DNA from: a virus
Direction: 5' to 3' (one strand)
DNA: 64,000 nt
Virus record (IMG/VR): IMGVR_UViG_3300009702_000500
Location: 28,333-92,332 of that record
The notes under the pieces are model-generated. The model saw only the letters and a program-made list of their open reading frames with translations. It did no database searches and was not told the DNA's origin. The translations under genes were made by a program, and so were the position numbers. Below are positions 9,555 to 21,000 of the stretch, in pieces (position 1 is the first letter of the stretch; each line of letters begins with the position of its first letter).

Positions 9555-12538
9555 GATCCATGAAATTTAACTTGGCAAAACATTTTGCACTTAACGTTAA
9601 TCTAGAAATAGGTAATGTACCTCTTGATTATCTACAACTCACCTCTTTGTTAGATCTTGGTACAGAACCAGTAGCAGTAATGTCTGAAAATGATATACTA
9701 TGTTTAGATGTAGATTTAGGTGAGCGTACTAAAATAGATGAAATACGTTATTATTTCTCATCAGTGTCTACTTCTGGTACTGTTGCTTCTGGTATAGCAT
9801 TTCAGTATAGAAATGAATTTTACGAATCTATGATGAGTAGTCCTACACTTATTGGTGATGGTTATTATTACACTACTATTTCCGGTTCGTCCTCCCCTAG
9901 TTTTATAAGATTAAACCATACAATTGCTAGTGGTACATCAATTAGTGGTTCTGTATATGGATACACCATATTAAATGACGATACTATAATAAACTTTGGT
10001 CCAGATGGGAATAAAACTGAATTTAATACTGTGGCTACAAAAGGTTTTTCAGATATATACACTATACCTATTTATAATAGTGGTACTTCAGATGCTACAG
10101 CGTTTATTCGCCTTGAACCGCGCCTAAATAAAATGGATGACGCAGTATCCATATCTAACAATGTTAATGGTCCATGGATGGGTGTGAAGAATACAGGCTT
10201 TGTAATAGCTGGTAAAGATACCTGGAATCAAGGTACTTTAGGAAATAATGTAACAGTCTATAATAATAATCTTACCTTAAAACATGACACAGCTGATATA
10301 CTTGTTGACACTATGAGGGCTTTTAATGTTTTTGAAGGTGAGTACACTACTACAGTATTTAGTGGTAAAGGATTAAATGAATATTCTAATATTGTTATAT
10401 TAAATACTACCTCTGATCAGGGGTCTTCCATAAAGATAGATAATTACGATACCACTGAGACTATAAATGTAAGAAGTAATAAAGATATACTTAAATATGA
10501 CATATATAGAAAAATATATGCTCATAGAGATCATCAGGATACTATAGTAGGTTATACTGAATACCACACTGATAGTGAAGAACTTATTAAGCAAGTGAAT
10601 GAAGTGTTTAGGTACTATGACTATTATGGTGGAGTATCTGATTATCTACATGTAGTGAACCCATTAACTGGGGATTCTGCTGGTATAATATTGTCTAATA
10701 GAAAGGCCGAAGTATTTTATTTAGCTAACAATAGTTCTAGTGCCAGTCACAGAGACGTAGCAGATACTGGTAATTATTCCTATATGATTTCTATTAAAGA
10801 TATGGCAATAGATTTATATGGTGGTTTGTGGTTGTATCTTTATGCTCGCTATGGTAACGCTGGGAGTGACATTTCAAAAGCGGGTGATTATTTTCTACAT
10901 TATGATAAAGCTTTAGGTAGTCCTGTACTTAAGTTATTTGATGCTCAATTAATAATCGGTGGTTTTGGTGTAACTCCTTCTTCTGGAAATGCTTGGTACA
11001 CGTCCATCCCATCGCATGTGGTATTTTTATTAGATACTTTTGGCAATACACTGAAGTCATATGCTTCAGATGATTTAGGCACGTTGGGTGTATGTTGCAT
11101 GCTTTCAGATGGAGGTTGTTGGTTTGTTAATGTAGTTTCCGGCAGCTATACTAATTTACTTAGACTTGATTCAGATGCTCATTTAGTTTCTTCTTTGGAA
11201 AATATAAGTGACACTGGTAATATACTGGCGATGCGTGCAGATGGTGATGAGGCTCTTTGGATATTGGATGGTTTTGTTCTTAAGCGTATTATGACAACTG
11301 AAGAGCAATTTGGTAGACTTATGTTATCAGTTAGTATACCCTATCCATATAGAATTTTTACTACGGTTATGGGCTGTTGGGTTATGTCCGCCGACGGACA
11401 TGCCTATTTTGTTGATAAGTTTGTAGGAAAAATTACAAAGCATATATTACCAGCACAAACATCAAACGAAAGAACTCCGTTTGCAGTGTATTCGGAGCCT
11501 GGGGATGGTAGTGTATGGGATGGTGAGTACCCATTATCTATTGATAATAGTTGGACTTCTATGAATTATACTAAAAAACCTAATAATAATTATTACGTAA
11601 CACCAGATTATTATACACAGATTAATTTTAAGATGTATGTGGCACCACCAAGTAAGTTATATGATAATGTGTCTTTTGATGAAACTTGGTTGGCTAATGA
11701 TGATTTTAGTGGAAGTTTGAATGATCGCCCTGCCGAGCATAGATGGAATTATTACGATGAAAGAATATACATAGAAGACGATAGACTTTTATTCAAAGGT
11801 AGCAACACTCCTAACTCACCTTCTCCTATTTTTATAGATAGTTATAAGAAATGGTATTTAAGAAAATATTATAATGAAACATTTGAATTTCAAGTAGACT
11901 ATGATGTACCAGAATCTACCGTGTCTGGGTCTGTTTCTATTAGTTTATCTGTGAATCCTAATACTACTAACAATAGTAAAAGTGATTATTACAAAGTTAC
12001 TATTATAAGGCGACCCACTGAAATTGAATTTAAACTGTCTGCTCATGGAAATACTAGACATGGTGATAATTCCTATACTAGTTATAATCATAGTGAAACT
12101 TTTCCTTCATCCGGGGTAACCGGCTCTGGTAAAATAAAAATTAGAAGAGATAATGAGTCAACACAAATGCTTCATTTATATCATTATGATGGAACAGACT
12201 GGACTGAGGTTAAAATGTATACCGCAGGTTATTATTACCATGATTATCTTGTGTTTCATTATAGACGTAGTTTAAATATAAATATAGAAGTTGATGCTGC
12301 TAGAGATGTATACATTGATAATTTTATTATAAATGATGATGTTACTAAATGTTATTGGTATTTAGTGCCGCCTATTATAGAATCCGTATATTTACAAACA
12401 CCAGTAGAATTAGGGCCTATTCCACCAAATGATAGTAGAGATTTATACATGAAGGTAGATGTACCCGATACCCAAGATTTTAATATAAAAGATATATATG
12501 AGGCTAGTTTGTTGACTTGGTGGGAGATTAAGACATAA
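9536..12538 (+). CDS. Large virion structural protein with a central beta-propeller-like region (start may be ATG 9560)
   Basis: 1000 aa; repeated G-x-W-(Y/F) blade-like segments (GGLWLY, GNAWY, GGCWF, EALWI, GCWV); C-terminus resembles that of the giant protein. Confidence 0.65.
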   Translation: MGYRSIRSMKFNLAKHFALNVNLEIGNVPLDYLQLTSLLDLGTEPVAVMSENDILCLDVDLGERTKIDEIRYYFSSVSTSGTVASGIAFQYRNEFYESMMSSPTLIGDGYYYTTISGSSSPSFIRLNHTIASGTSISGSVYGYTILNDDTIINFGPDGNKTEFNTVATKGFSDIYTIPIYNSGTSDATAFIRLEPRLNKMDDAVSISNNVNGPWMGVKNTGFVIAGKDTWNQGTLGNNVTVYNNNLTLKHDTADILVDTMRAFNVFEGEYTTTVFSGKGLNEYSNIVILNTTSDQGSSIKIDNYDTTETINVRSNKDILKYDIYRKIYAHRDHQDTIVGYTEYHTDSEELIKQVNEVFRYYDYYGGVSDYLHVVNPLTGDSAGIILSNRKAEVFYLANNSSSASHRDVADTGNYSYMISIKDMAIDLYGGLWLYLYARYGNAGSDISKAGDYFLHYDKALGSPVLKLFDAQLIIGGFGVTPSSGNAWYTSIPSHVVFLLDTFGNTLKSYASDDLGTLGVCCMLSDGGCWFVNVVSGSYTNLLRLDSDAHLVSSLENISDTGNILAMRADGDEALWILDGFVLKRIMTTEEQFGRLMLSVSIPYPYRIFTTVMGCWVMSADGHAYFVDKFVGKITKHILPAQTSNERTPFAVYSEPGDGSVWDGEYPLSIDNSWTSMNYTKKPNNNYYVTPDYYTQINFKMYVAPPSKLYDNVSFDETWLANDDFSGSLNDRPAEHRWNYYDERIYIEDDRLLFKGSNTPNSPSPIFIDSYKKWYLRKYYNETFEFQVDYDVPESTVSGSVSISLSVNPNTTNNSKSDYYKVTIIRRPTEIEFKLSAHGNTRHGDNSYTSYNHSETFPSSGVTGSGKIKIRRDNESTQMLHLYHYDGTDWTEVKMYTAGYYYHDYLVFHYRRSLNINIEVDAARDVYIDNFIINDDVTKCYWYLVPPIIESVYLQTPVELGPIPPNDSRDLYMKVDVPDTQDFNIKDIYEASLLTWWEIKT

Positions 12539-14619
12539 TGGTTCAATATGGTCTACAGATAAATCCTGCTGCTTACACTTACGTACGCCCTATCTTTATA
12601 ACAGAACCAGGAATATCTGATAGAGTAAATGCACAGGTGTATATAAAATTAGATGCGTCTAATTTTAATTTAGAACTTTTAAAGTCTGATTATAGAGACG
12701 TAAGATTTGCTGATAATTTAAATGGATCTTCAGCATTATGTTATTGGCATAATTATTATGATTTGGCGAGTAAAAAGTTTTTTATATGGATTAAAATCCC
12801 ATTTATCGGTAAAGGAGAGACTAAACAAATATTTATGTTCTGGGGCCGCGACGATGACGTTGGTGCAGAAGATATGGAAAGTTTGGATTTTTATTTTGTT
12901 TCAGATTTTAGATATAAATTGATTGATAACACAAAATGGTATCCAAATTCATCCTCTTTTCATGATCTATATGGTATAAAGCTTGATCACGGCCATTTAA
13001 GCACTAAATATGATTTTTTAACTGGAAAAACAAATTGGATAGTTGAATTTGGTATTTACTATGACGGCTCATACCAATCTTATACTTTTGGATATTACTT
13101 GAACATACTTTCTACTGAAAATTACATAAAATCAAATTATTATAGAGATGACTATCTTTCAATAAATGCTATAAGTATAGACACCTTTGATAGCTATAAC
13201 GGTTTTGGTCCTGAAGCTGGTTCTTTTAACATACATTCAGTTGGTTATGTGGAATATGATGATAATGTAATTATAGGAATCAATGGTAGACTTACTAAAC
13301 CAAATGCCTATAAGACTATTGAGAGGCGTGTAGAAGGTGATACACGGCCTAGTAGACTAAATATTGGGAGGGATACATATTATGTATTTAATAATTGTTA
13401 TTTATCTTGGGTAATAGCTAGAGAGTTTTTTGTTGAAGATTTTATTGTTGATACCTCTGAGTTATTCGTTCCGAATGAATATGTTCCACCGCAAGTATTA
13501 GATTTTGAATCTTATGGTTTAGATATCACTGATATAGTATATAGGCACACATCATCTGATGATGGGGATCCATATAAACTTTCTGATAACCATATAGAAT
13601 CTGATGACAGTTATTGGGAAGTAACAGGTGCCACAACAGCATCGGTGTCCATTAATTTTGCCATTACTACAGAAGATGTAGTACCTGAAGCTAATTTGTT
13701 AGTTCCTTATGTATATAGAGAAGAATCAGGTATGATTTTTTTAGAGGAAGGTCCATATTCAGACATTTATGATTCAATGGGTCACAGGTATTGGGAGGGA
13801 AATAGTGAAGAAGGGTGGCTAGCTATAGGCTTTCCTAGTCCTGGTTATGCAATATCTGTATTTGAATTTAAGGGTGAGACTATAAATAATATGCCAAAAG
13901 ATTTTTTATTTCAAAGAAGTTTTGTTAATCCTCATACAGCAAAGGAATATGATTGGTTTACATTAGTTTCTGGTACATGTACTGAATCTACTGATTGGTA
14001 TATGTTTCAATTTAGTAATTCTAATAAATACCCATATTATAGGTTTGTTATAAAAAGTACCTTCGGCGGCGCAGTTCACAGGGTTCGAAGATGGCGTATG
14101 TATGAAAAAAGTAAAACTTCTAAACAAAGGGTTGTTTCTAAATTGAGATTGTTGCCTTCAAAAATAGGAGGTAATGAGAATTTTTTTCCTAAAAAAATAA
14201 GTTTTTATGGGTCTAATGACTTCAATGATTGGACCCCGTTGTTTGAGGATCATTACACCACCACACCTTATTTTGATTTTACATATGGTAGGTGGCAAGA
14301 AATTGTTTTTGATAATAATACGCCATTTTGGGCGTATAAACTCACTATGGAAGGTAATTGGGGCGGAAGTAATGACAAGTTTGTTATAGATGAATGGGAA
14401 ATGTATGAATACAAATATTTGGATCACGGATACAATATTTTAAAAGGAAGTAGTAATAACATTAATAATATATGGGCTAGCCCCGATGCTACAATAGATA
14501 GTGGCTGGTTATATGTTGCCAATGAAGGAGTTAATTATTTGTATGACGGTAAATTTGCAATGTTTAAAGAACTTACTGGATCTATTATTGATTTACAGAA
14601 ATTGAGGGGACTTAAATAA
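12538..14619 (+). CDS. Virion protein with N-terminal DUF2341-like and F5/8-like domains
   Basis: DYRDVRFAD..YW..IWIKIP..IFMFWG (DUF2341-like); FYGSND..WT, YPYYRF, DEWEMYE (discoidin-like); TAATG coupling on both sides. Confidence 0.65.
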   Translation: MVQYGLQINPAAYTYVRPIFITEPGISDRVNAQVYIKLDASNFNLELLKSDYRDVRFADNLNGSSALCYWHNYYDLASKKFFIWIKIPFIGKGETKQIFMFWGRDDDVGAEDMESLDFYFVSDFRYKLIDNTKWYPNSSSFHDLYGIKLDHGHLSTKYDFLTGKTNWIVEFGIYYDGSYQSYTFGYYLNILSTENYIKSNYYRDDYLSINAISIDTFDSYNGFGPEAGSFNIHSVGYVEYDDNVIIGINGRLTKPNAYKTIERRVEGDTRPSRLNIGRDTYYVFNNCYLSWVIAREFFVEDFIVDTSELFVPNEYVPPQVLDFESYGLDITDIVYRHTSSDDGDPYKLSDNHIESDDSYWEVTGATTASVSINFAITTEDVVPEANLLVPYVYREESGMIFLEEGPYSDIYDSMGHRYWEGNSEEGWLAIGFPSPGYAISVFEFKGETINNMPKDFLFQRSFVNPHTAKEYDWFTLVSGTCTESTDWYMFQFSNSNKYPYYRFVIKSTFGGAVHRVRRWRMYEKSKTSKQRVVSKLRLLPSKIGGNENFFPKKISFYGSNDFNDWTPLFEDHYTTTPYFDFTYGRWQEIVFDNNTPFWAYKLTMEGNWGGSNDKFVIDEWEMYEYKYLDHGYNILKGSSNNINNIWASPDATIDSGWLYVANEGVNYLYDGKFAMFKELTGSIIDLQKLRGLK

Positions 14620-17600
14620 TGGCTAATATAGTTAAATCAGTAGAAAAATTTGATCTTGCATTATCGGCATTAACTGTGTCTGGTCAATTATCTAAATCAC
14701 AGAATGTAGATAATTGTGTTCCATTTATGTCTACTCGTGGGAATAGTAGTACTATGCGAGCACATATTACGGATGCTTATTTTTCTTCTACCGGCTCCGA
14801 TGATTTTATAAATGTGGCAAGAGCATATAATAATGGCACAAATTATTGTAAAGTATATGTAGTAGAGTTTGATCCAAATGAAGTAAAGGTACAACAGGGA
14901 TCTTTTACTTTAGATGGGACCACTAATACAACTGTTACTATAAGCGGAGTAGACCAAGATCGAGCGGCTATGTCCTTTTATAATGTCGGCACCACGGGTA
15001 CTGACTATGCTAGTGCTAATTTAGTTAGAGGTAAGTTTGCTAGTAATTCTAGTTTAGAGTTTAGAAGGGGCACCACTAATCAATCCGTAAATGGTCATTA
15101 TTTTGTGTTTGAGGCTTTGAAAGATCAATTTACTGTACAATCATCTGATTGGTCAAACGTATCTACAACTGATATTGAATTAAATCCAATGAGTTTTGTT
15201 AAGGGATTATTGCTATCCTCTTATTATTCTGATTACGGAGGAAACTCACCTCCTTACCATTATGCTAGGACTTTTTTGTGGAGTAGAAAAAACATTAGAA
15301 TAAATAAATCTTCTGGTAGTAGTACAGTATATGGTACATCTTTTTTTATTGAATTTGCTGATAATAAGAGGCATACACAGCAGTGGTACCCTTATTTTTC
15401 TTCTAGTGCTACATCAGTTCAATATGATTTGAAGTATCCAGTAGATTTAGATTATTCTATGGCAATATTAGATAATTTTCAGAGTATAGTTACTGTCAGT
15501 TTTAACAACAGTAGTTACACTCATAATGCTTTTTGTACAGCAGAACTATTAACGGCCAGTGGTGTAGAGATATATAGAAATAATTCCGGAGCTGTAAGTT
15601 ATGGCAGTTTACAAGTATTCGATTGGAAAGGTGTAGATATATCTATTGGTAGTAATTCTAGCCCATTAGCATCTGGTATTTCTTGTGTAAAATCTGTTGA
15701 AAATAGTATTATTACTATTACAGGCGAAGATAAATACATTGATTATGCTTTAACTAAGGGACAAGATATATCGAATTGTGTTCCTTTTATTTCATCTCGT
15801 GGTGATTCTAATACCTATTCTAAACAAATGTATAATGTATGGTTTGAGTCACCTAATTTAGTATGTATCAATAGAGGGGGCAATACAGGAGCTATATCTG
15901 TAATACATTTGAACATCGTGGAGTTTTACCCGGAACAAGTGAAGGTTAATTCTGATGTTATTTATATTAGTGGACAATATTATACTACTACTATTTCTAG
16001 TGTAGATTTATCTAAAACTGTATTAATATTTAATGGATCTTTAGCAACCAATGGTAACGCCGATTCTTCATATGTTAGGGGGAAGTTTACAAGTGCTAGT
16101 GGGATAGAATTATACAGAATGGGGACGGCTGGTAATTGGAATGGCACTTATTACACTTTTGAGGATTTAAAAAATAATTTTGAGGTGGAACAGCATACCG
16201 GTAGTTTTTCATCTTATAGCCGAGACTATGCCACTATGGAATTAGAACCAGCATGTACTTTTTTGATAGGTTCATATGCTATTAATCTTAATGGCACTTC
16301 AGCATCTTACGCCCAAGCTATGCTTACCTATCAATCTACTTCTATAGCAGGCTTTAATAAATATTCTAGTAGCTATACGTGCTATTATTGTTATTTTATG
16401 GTAAAGTTCATTGATGGTAGGGAGCATGTTCAGAATATATATCAATATTTTAGTTCTTCTGATAGCACTAAGACCCAATCATTGTATGATAGATTTATAG
16501 GACATAATGATAGTATAATTGCTTATTCTAATACATGTCCCGGAAGCGAGGTGAACACAAATAATAGTTCATATATTAAATTTGGATGGTGTTCTATTGA
16601 ATTACTCCCTAATAACACTTTAGAAATGAAGTTAATTTCAGCTCCGTCGGTAGATGTTAAAACAGCGTTCTCGGTGATTGATTGGGTAGGGTATAAACCA
16701 ACATTCCCTATTGTATTGAAAACCAAATCTTTTGTCAGATCGATAGAGAATATAAAGTTTACTTTAATTGACAATGATTATCAAGATATAAAGTATTTGA
16801 CAAAAGGACAGATTTCTGAAAATTGTGTTCCTTTTTATACATTAAAATCTTCTAGTAGTAATGCTGGTACTTATGAGTCTATGGTAGCTTGTTTAATTTT
16901 TACAGGTAATAAGATAGCAGCCTGTCGAGGTATGTACGGGTCGGGTATGGGTAGAATAGATATGACTGCTTCTGTTATAGAATTTAATCCAAATAAAGTT
17001 AAAATACAGCGTGGTCATTTTTATGTATCTGGTACTTCAACAGACATTACTGTAGAAGAAGTAGATCTTCACAGAGCATTTGTTGTGGTATCTTCATATG
17101 GATACGGCGTTTCTAATAAGTATTCTCATTCATTTCTAGAATCTTATTTTACTAATAGTACAACATTGACAGTTCAAAGGACTACCTCGGATTCTGGAGC
17201 TATTATGGGTCAGTACTATATAGTAGAAGCATTAAATGAAGAGTTTTATGTACAGACTGTTCGCGGTAGTACTAATTCATCTATTCATAATATATTATAC
17301 CCAGAATATACCCCAACAACTAGTAAGTCTATACTTATTGCTTCCGTTAGATCTAATTATGATGGTAATGGGCCTTCTTATGGTTGTACTAGAATTTATA
17401 ATGATCTACAGAGTGTATATACAAATAAATATTCGTCTAATAGTAATACTTATTACACTATTTTTGTAGTAGACTTTGATAAATCACTGGACATTGTTAC
17501 ACAACAGCGGTTTTTCTCATTTTCATCGTCGGAGAGTGTTAAAGAGTCCTCTATTAATAAAGTCAGTGAAAACTCTACTGCCATTGTTGTACCTACACAG

Positions 17601-17760
17601 AGTGTCAATTCTACTGTTAACACTACTAACGCTGGTCATTTTCCATATGCATTCTCAGAAATAGTTTTAACAACTTCTGGAACCAAAGTAGAAGCTAGTT
17701 TATCTCAAGCACCAGGTGTAGACGTTAGAAGCTTTGCTCAAATAGTTGAATTTCCAGAAT
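14619..17760 (+). repeat. Three tandem ~1.05-kb coding repeats (starting near 14625, 15684 and 16731)
   Basis: Protein-level repeat: NIVKSVEK/SCVKSVEN/SFVRSIEN and SQNVDNCVPF/GQDISNCVPF/GQISENCVPF. Confidence 0.75.
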
Positions 17761-18017
17761 TTAGTACACATTATTTTGATGGCACTGTTACGGAACGGGG
17801 TTTGCCGGCCGCAGGAAGAATTGTTCGCGCGTATAGAAGAGATACCGGAGACTTAATGGATGAAACAGTATCAGCAAGTGGAACAGGTTATTTTTATTTA
17901 GAAACAACATATAGTGGTGCTCATGATATAGTATGTTTAGATGATTTAGCAGGGTACAGTTATAATGATTTAATTTATGGAGATGTGCTTCCGACTGTAA
18001 TTTCGGGCGCGCCGTAA
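14619..18017 (+). CDS. Ser/Thr-rich tail fibre/appendage protein with three ~350-aa internal repeats and a C-terminal adaptor domain
   Basis: Three copies of V(K/R)S(V/I)E...L(S/T)K.Q...NCVPF...EF.P..VK; C-terminal GRIVRAYRRDTG..TGYF..YN domain. Confidence 0.7.
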   Translation: MANIVKSVEKFDLALSALTVSGQLSKSQNVDNCVPFMSTRGNSSTMRAHITDAYFSSTGSDDFINVARAYNNGTNYCKVYVVEFDPNEVKVQQGSFTLDGTTNTTVTISGVDQDRAAMSFYNVGTTGTDYASANLVRGKFASNSSLEFRRGTTNQSVNGHYFVFEALKDQFTVQSSDWSNVSTTDIELNPMSFVKGLLLSSYYSDYGGNSPPYHYARTFLWSRKNIRINKSSGSSTVYGTSFFIEFADNKRHTQQWYPYFSSSATSVQYDLKYPVDLDYSMAILDNFQSIVTVSFNNSSYTHNAFCTAELLTASGVEIYRNNSGAVSYGSLQVFDWKGVDISIGSNSSPLASGISCVKSVENSIITITGEDKYIDYALTKGQDISNCVPFISSRGDSNTYSKQMYNVWFESPNLVCINRGGNTGAISVIHLNIVEFYPEQVKVNSDVIYISGQYYTTTISSVDLSKTVLIFNGSLATNGNADSSYVRGKFTSASGIELYRMGTAGNWNGTYYTFEDLKNNFEVEQHTGSFSSYSRDYATMELEPACTFLIGSYAINLNGTSASYAQAMLTYQSTSIAGFNKYSSSYTCYYCYFMVKFIDGREHVQNIYQYFSSSDSTKTQSLYDRFIGHNDSIIAYSNTCPGSEVNTNNSSYIKFGWCSIELLPNNTLEMKLISAPSVDVKTAFSVIDWVGYKPTFPIVLKTKSFVRSIENIKFTLIDNDYQDIKYLTKGQISENCVPFYTLKSSSSNAGTYESMVACLIFTGNKIAACRGMYGSGMGRIDMTASVIEFNPNKVKIQRGHFYVSGTSTDITVEEVDLHRAFVVVSSYGYGVSNKYSHSFLESYFTNSTTLTVQRTTSDSGAIMGQYYIVEALNEEFYVQTVRGSTNSSIHNILYPEYTPTTSKSILIASVRSNYDGNGPSYGCTRIYNDLQSVYTNKYSSNSNTYYTIFVVDFDKSLDIVTQQRFFSFSSSESVKESSINKVSENSTAIVVPTQSVNSTVNTTNAGHFPYAFSEIVLTTSGTKVEASLSQAPGVDVRSFAQIVEFPEFSTHYFDGTVTERGLPAAGRIVRAYRRDTGDLMDETVSASGTGYFYLETTYSGAHDIVCLDDLAGYSYNDLIYGDVLPTVISGAP

Positions 18018-18033
18018 AAGGAGAGTTAAATAA

Positions 18034-21000
18034 ATGTCTTGGTCAAATAAAATAGATATAACAATAGATGGTTCAAAAATAAATGAAACATTAACAAATT
18101 TTCCTTTATTAATAAATCTATCTGAATCAAGTGGTATTTCAGATGAAGATATATCTGCTATTTTCACTGAACTAGGAAATAATTATTATAGGATTAAGAT
18201 AGAAGATGAATATAATGTTCAACTTCCTATAGAAATAGAAAACTGGGATTCTATATATAAGAAAGCTCAGTTGTGGGTGAAAGTACCTACTGTAAAGGGA
18301 AGTGGAGATACTAAACTGACCTTATATTATGATAATGGTGAGGCTGATAATACTCATTATGTAGGAAAAACCCCAGGTGTTAAACCTATAAATATGGTAG
18401 TTAATATAAATGAAGAAGGTACTTATGATACTAGTGGTATGTATGCACCATGTGTAATTAAAGAGAGTGATACCTCCTATAAAATGTGGTATAGTGGTAA
18501 TGATGGATCACATTATAGAATTATGTATGCTACTTCAACAGATGGGTTAACCTGGTCCAATCATCAAATGGTATTAAACTATAATACTGAAGGTACTTAT
18601 GATACTACACATGTATATACTCCATATGTAATTAAAGAAAGTGACACCTCATATAAAATGTGGTATGCTGGGTATGATGGCTCATATAGAAGAATGCTTT
18701 ATGCGGTCTCTACTGATGGCACATCATGGTCTAATTATCAAATGATAATAGATGTTGGTAGTGAAGGTACTTATGATACTAATTCTGCTTATTATCCATC
18801 TGTAATTAAAGAGAGTGATACTTCATATAAAATGTGGTATGCTGGGTATGATGGATCACATTATAGAATTTTATATTGTACAAGTACTGATGGAATAAAT
18901 TGGTCTAATTTTCAACTAGTATTAAATTATAATCAAGAAGGTACTTATGATACTTCATATATTTATTCTCCTTCTGTAATTAAAGAATTAAGTGGTTCGT
19001 ACAAGATGTGGTACACTGGCCGGGATGGATCACATTATAGAATTTTATATTGTACAAGTACAAATGGAATTTCATGGTCTAATTTTCAACTAGTATTAAA
19101 TTATAATCAAGAAGGTACTTATGATACTAATTATGCATATACACCATGTGTAATTAAAGAGAATGATACCTTATATAAACTGTGGTATACTGGTAATGAT
19201 GGGTCGTATTCTAGAATTCTTTATGCTACTTCTGAAGATGGAAAAGTTTGGACTAAAAATATTGTAAATCGAGTTTGGGATGATAATTTTGTTGCTGTTT
19301 ATCATATGTCACAAGATCCATCTGGTGGTTCAAATAGTATTTATGATTCTACTTCAAATGCTAATCATGGTACCCCACAGGGCAATATGAATAGTAGTAA
19401 CCTAGTTGACGGAGAAATAGGTAAAGCTTTAAATTTTGATGGGGTTGATGATTGGATAAATATAGGAAATGTTATATATTCACCACATTATTATACTATT
19501 GAAGCAATATTTAAAACATCACAAACAGGCAATAATACTGCATATAATTTATTAACTTCAAAGCATTCATCAGCTAATATTAAACCAACTATGTATTTTG
19601 ATGGTTCTACTAATTTTCAATTTAAGACAGGATTTTATAATGATAATACATGGTATAGAGATGATAGTGGAATAATAGGAAAAAATGATGATAACTTACA
19701 TTATGCTGCATCTACTTATAATAAAGTAAATATAATATCATATATTGATGATGATTCAACACATAGTACATCAGCAACTGTAGATATGGCAGCATCAACA
19801 AATGATTATCGTATTGGAGCACGATGGGATGCAGAATTATATGGTGGTTGGTGGAGTGGAATTATAGATGAAGTAAGATTATCTAAAATAGCAAGATCAC
19901 CAGAATGGATTAAAGCTACTTATTACTCTAATTGGGACAATCTGCTGTATTATAATTTTCATCCTGGCGCTGAAGTAGGATGGTTAGAAACTTATGAAAA
20001 CGGTGAGTATAAAAAATGGGCTAAAAGAATAAAAATAGATATAGATAGTACAAAAGTAGATGATATATTAGTAGACTTTCCTGTTTTAGTACGGCTAGGT
20101 GAAAGTGTAGGATTAGCTAATACAGATGTGACTGATGTATTTGATACTTCTAAAAATAAAATAGCAATAACAGCTGGAGATGGTACTAGTCAGTTATACA
20201 CAGAAATAGAGTACTGGTCTTCAATTGAAAAAGAAGCAGTTCTATGGACAAAAGTTTCAAGGATAAGCAGCGATGAGAATTCTTCAATTTATTTATACTA
20301 TGATAATGAACGTGAAGATAATACTGATTATGTTGGAGAAACAGGAACACAACCGGCTCAAAATGTTTGGGATGATAATTTTGTAGGTGTATGGCACATG
20401 TCTCAAGACCCATCTGGTGGAGCAAATAGTATTTATGATTCTACTTCAAATAATAATCACGGTACTCCAAATGGTAGTATGACTAGTGGTGATTTGGTTG
20501 ATGGTCAAGTTGGTAAGGCTATAGATTTTGATGGTACTGATGATTATATACAAATGAGTAATACTAATATTCCTTTTGGCGCAAGCCCGTTCACAAAAGA
20601 TGTTATTGTTTATTTACCTAATAAAGTGGATTCAAATAATACTAGAAAAACTATACTATGGTGGGGGCAACCATATTCAAATAATTATATAAACCTTCTA
20701 AGGACAGGTGATTCTAGTGGTGAGCTTCTTAATGGCTTCTGGGGTAATGATCTAGTTTGGGCACCAACACATCTAGTTAATGGCTATAATCATATTATGA
20801 TTACATATGATGGAAATATATTAAAAGGTTACGTTAATGGAGAATATGAAGCATCATATACCGCAGGCGCAGCTAATGTTTCAACAAGTGATGTATTTAT
20901 TGGAGAATCTTCTAATACTTGGGATTATAATTTTCCAGGGATTATAGATGAAGTAAGAATATCTAAAACAGCAAGATCACCAGAATGGATTAAAGCTACT

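Noticed and set aside
18415-19128. Regularly spaced exact 18-mers as a CRISPR array
   Set aside because: The period is 174 bp and in frame, and the intervening sequences are homologous to each other and coding. It is a protein repeat.
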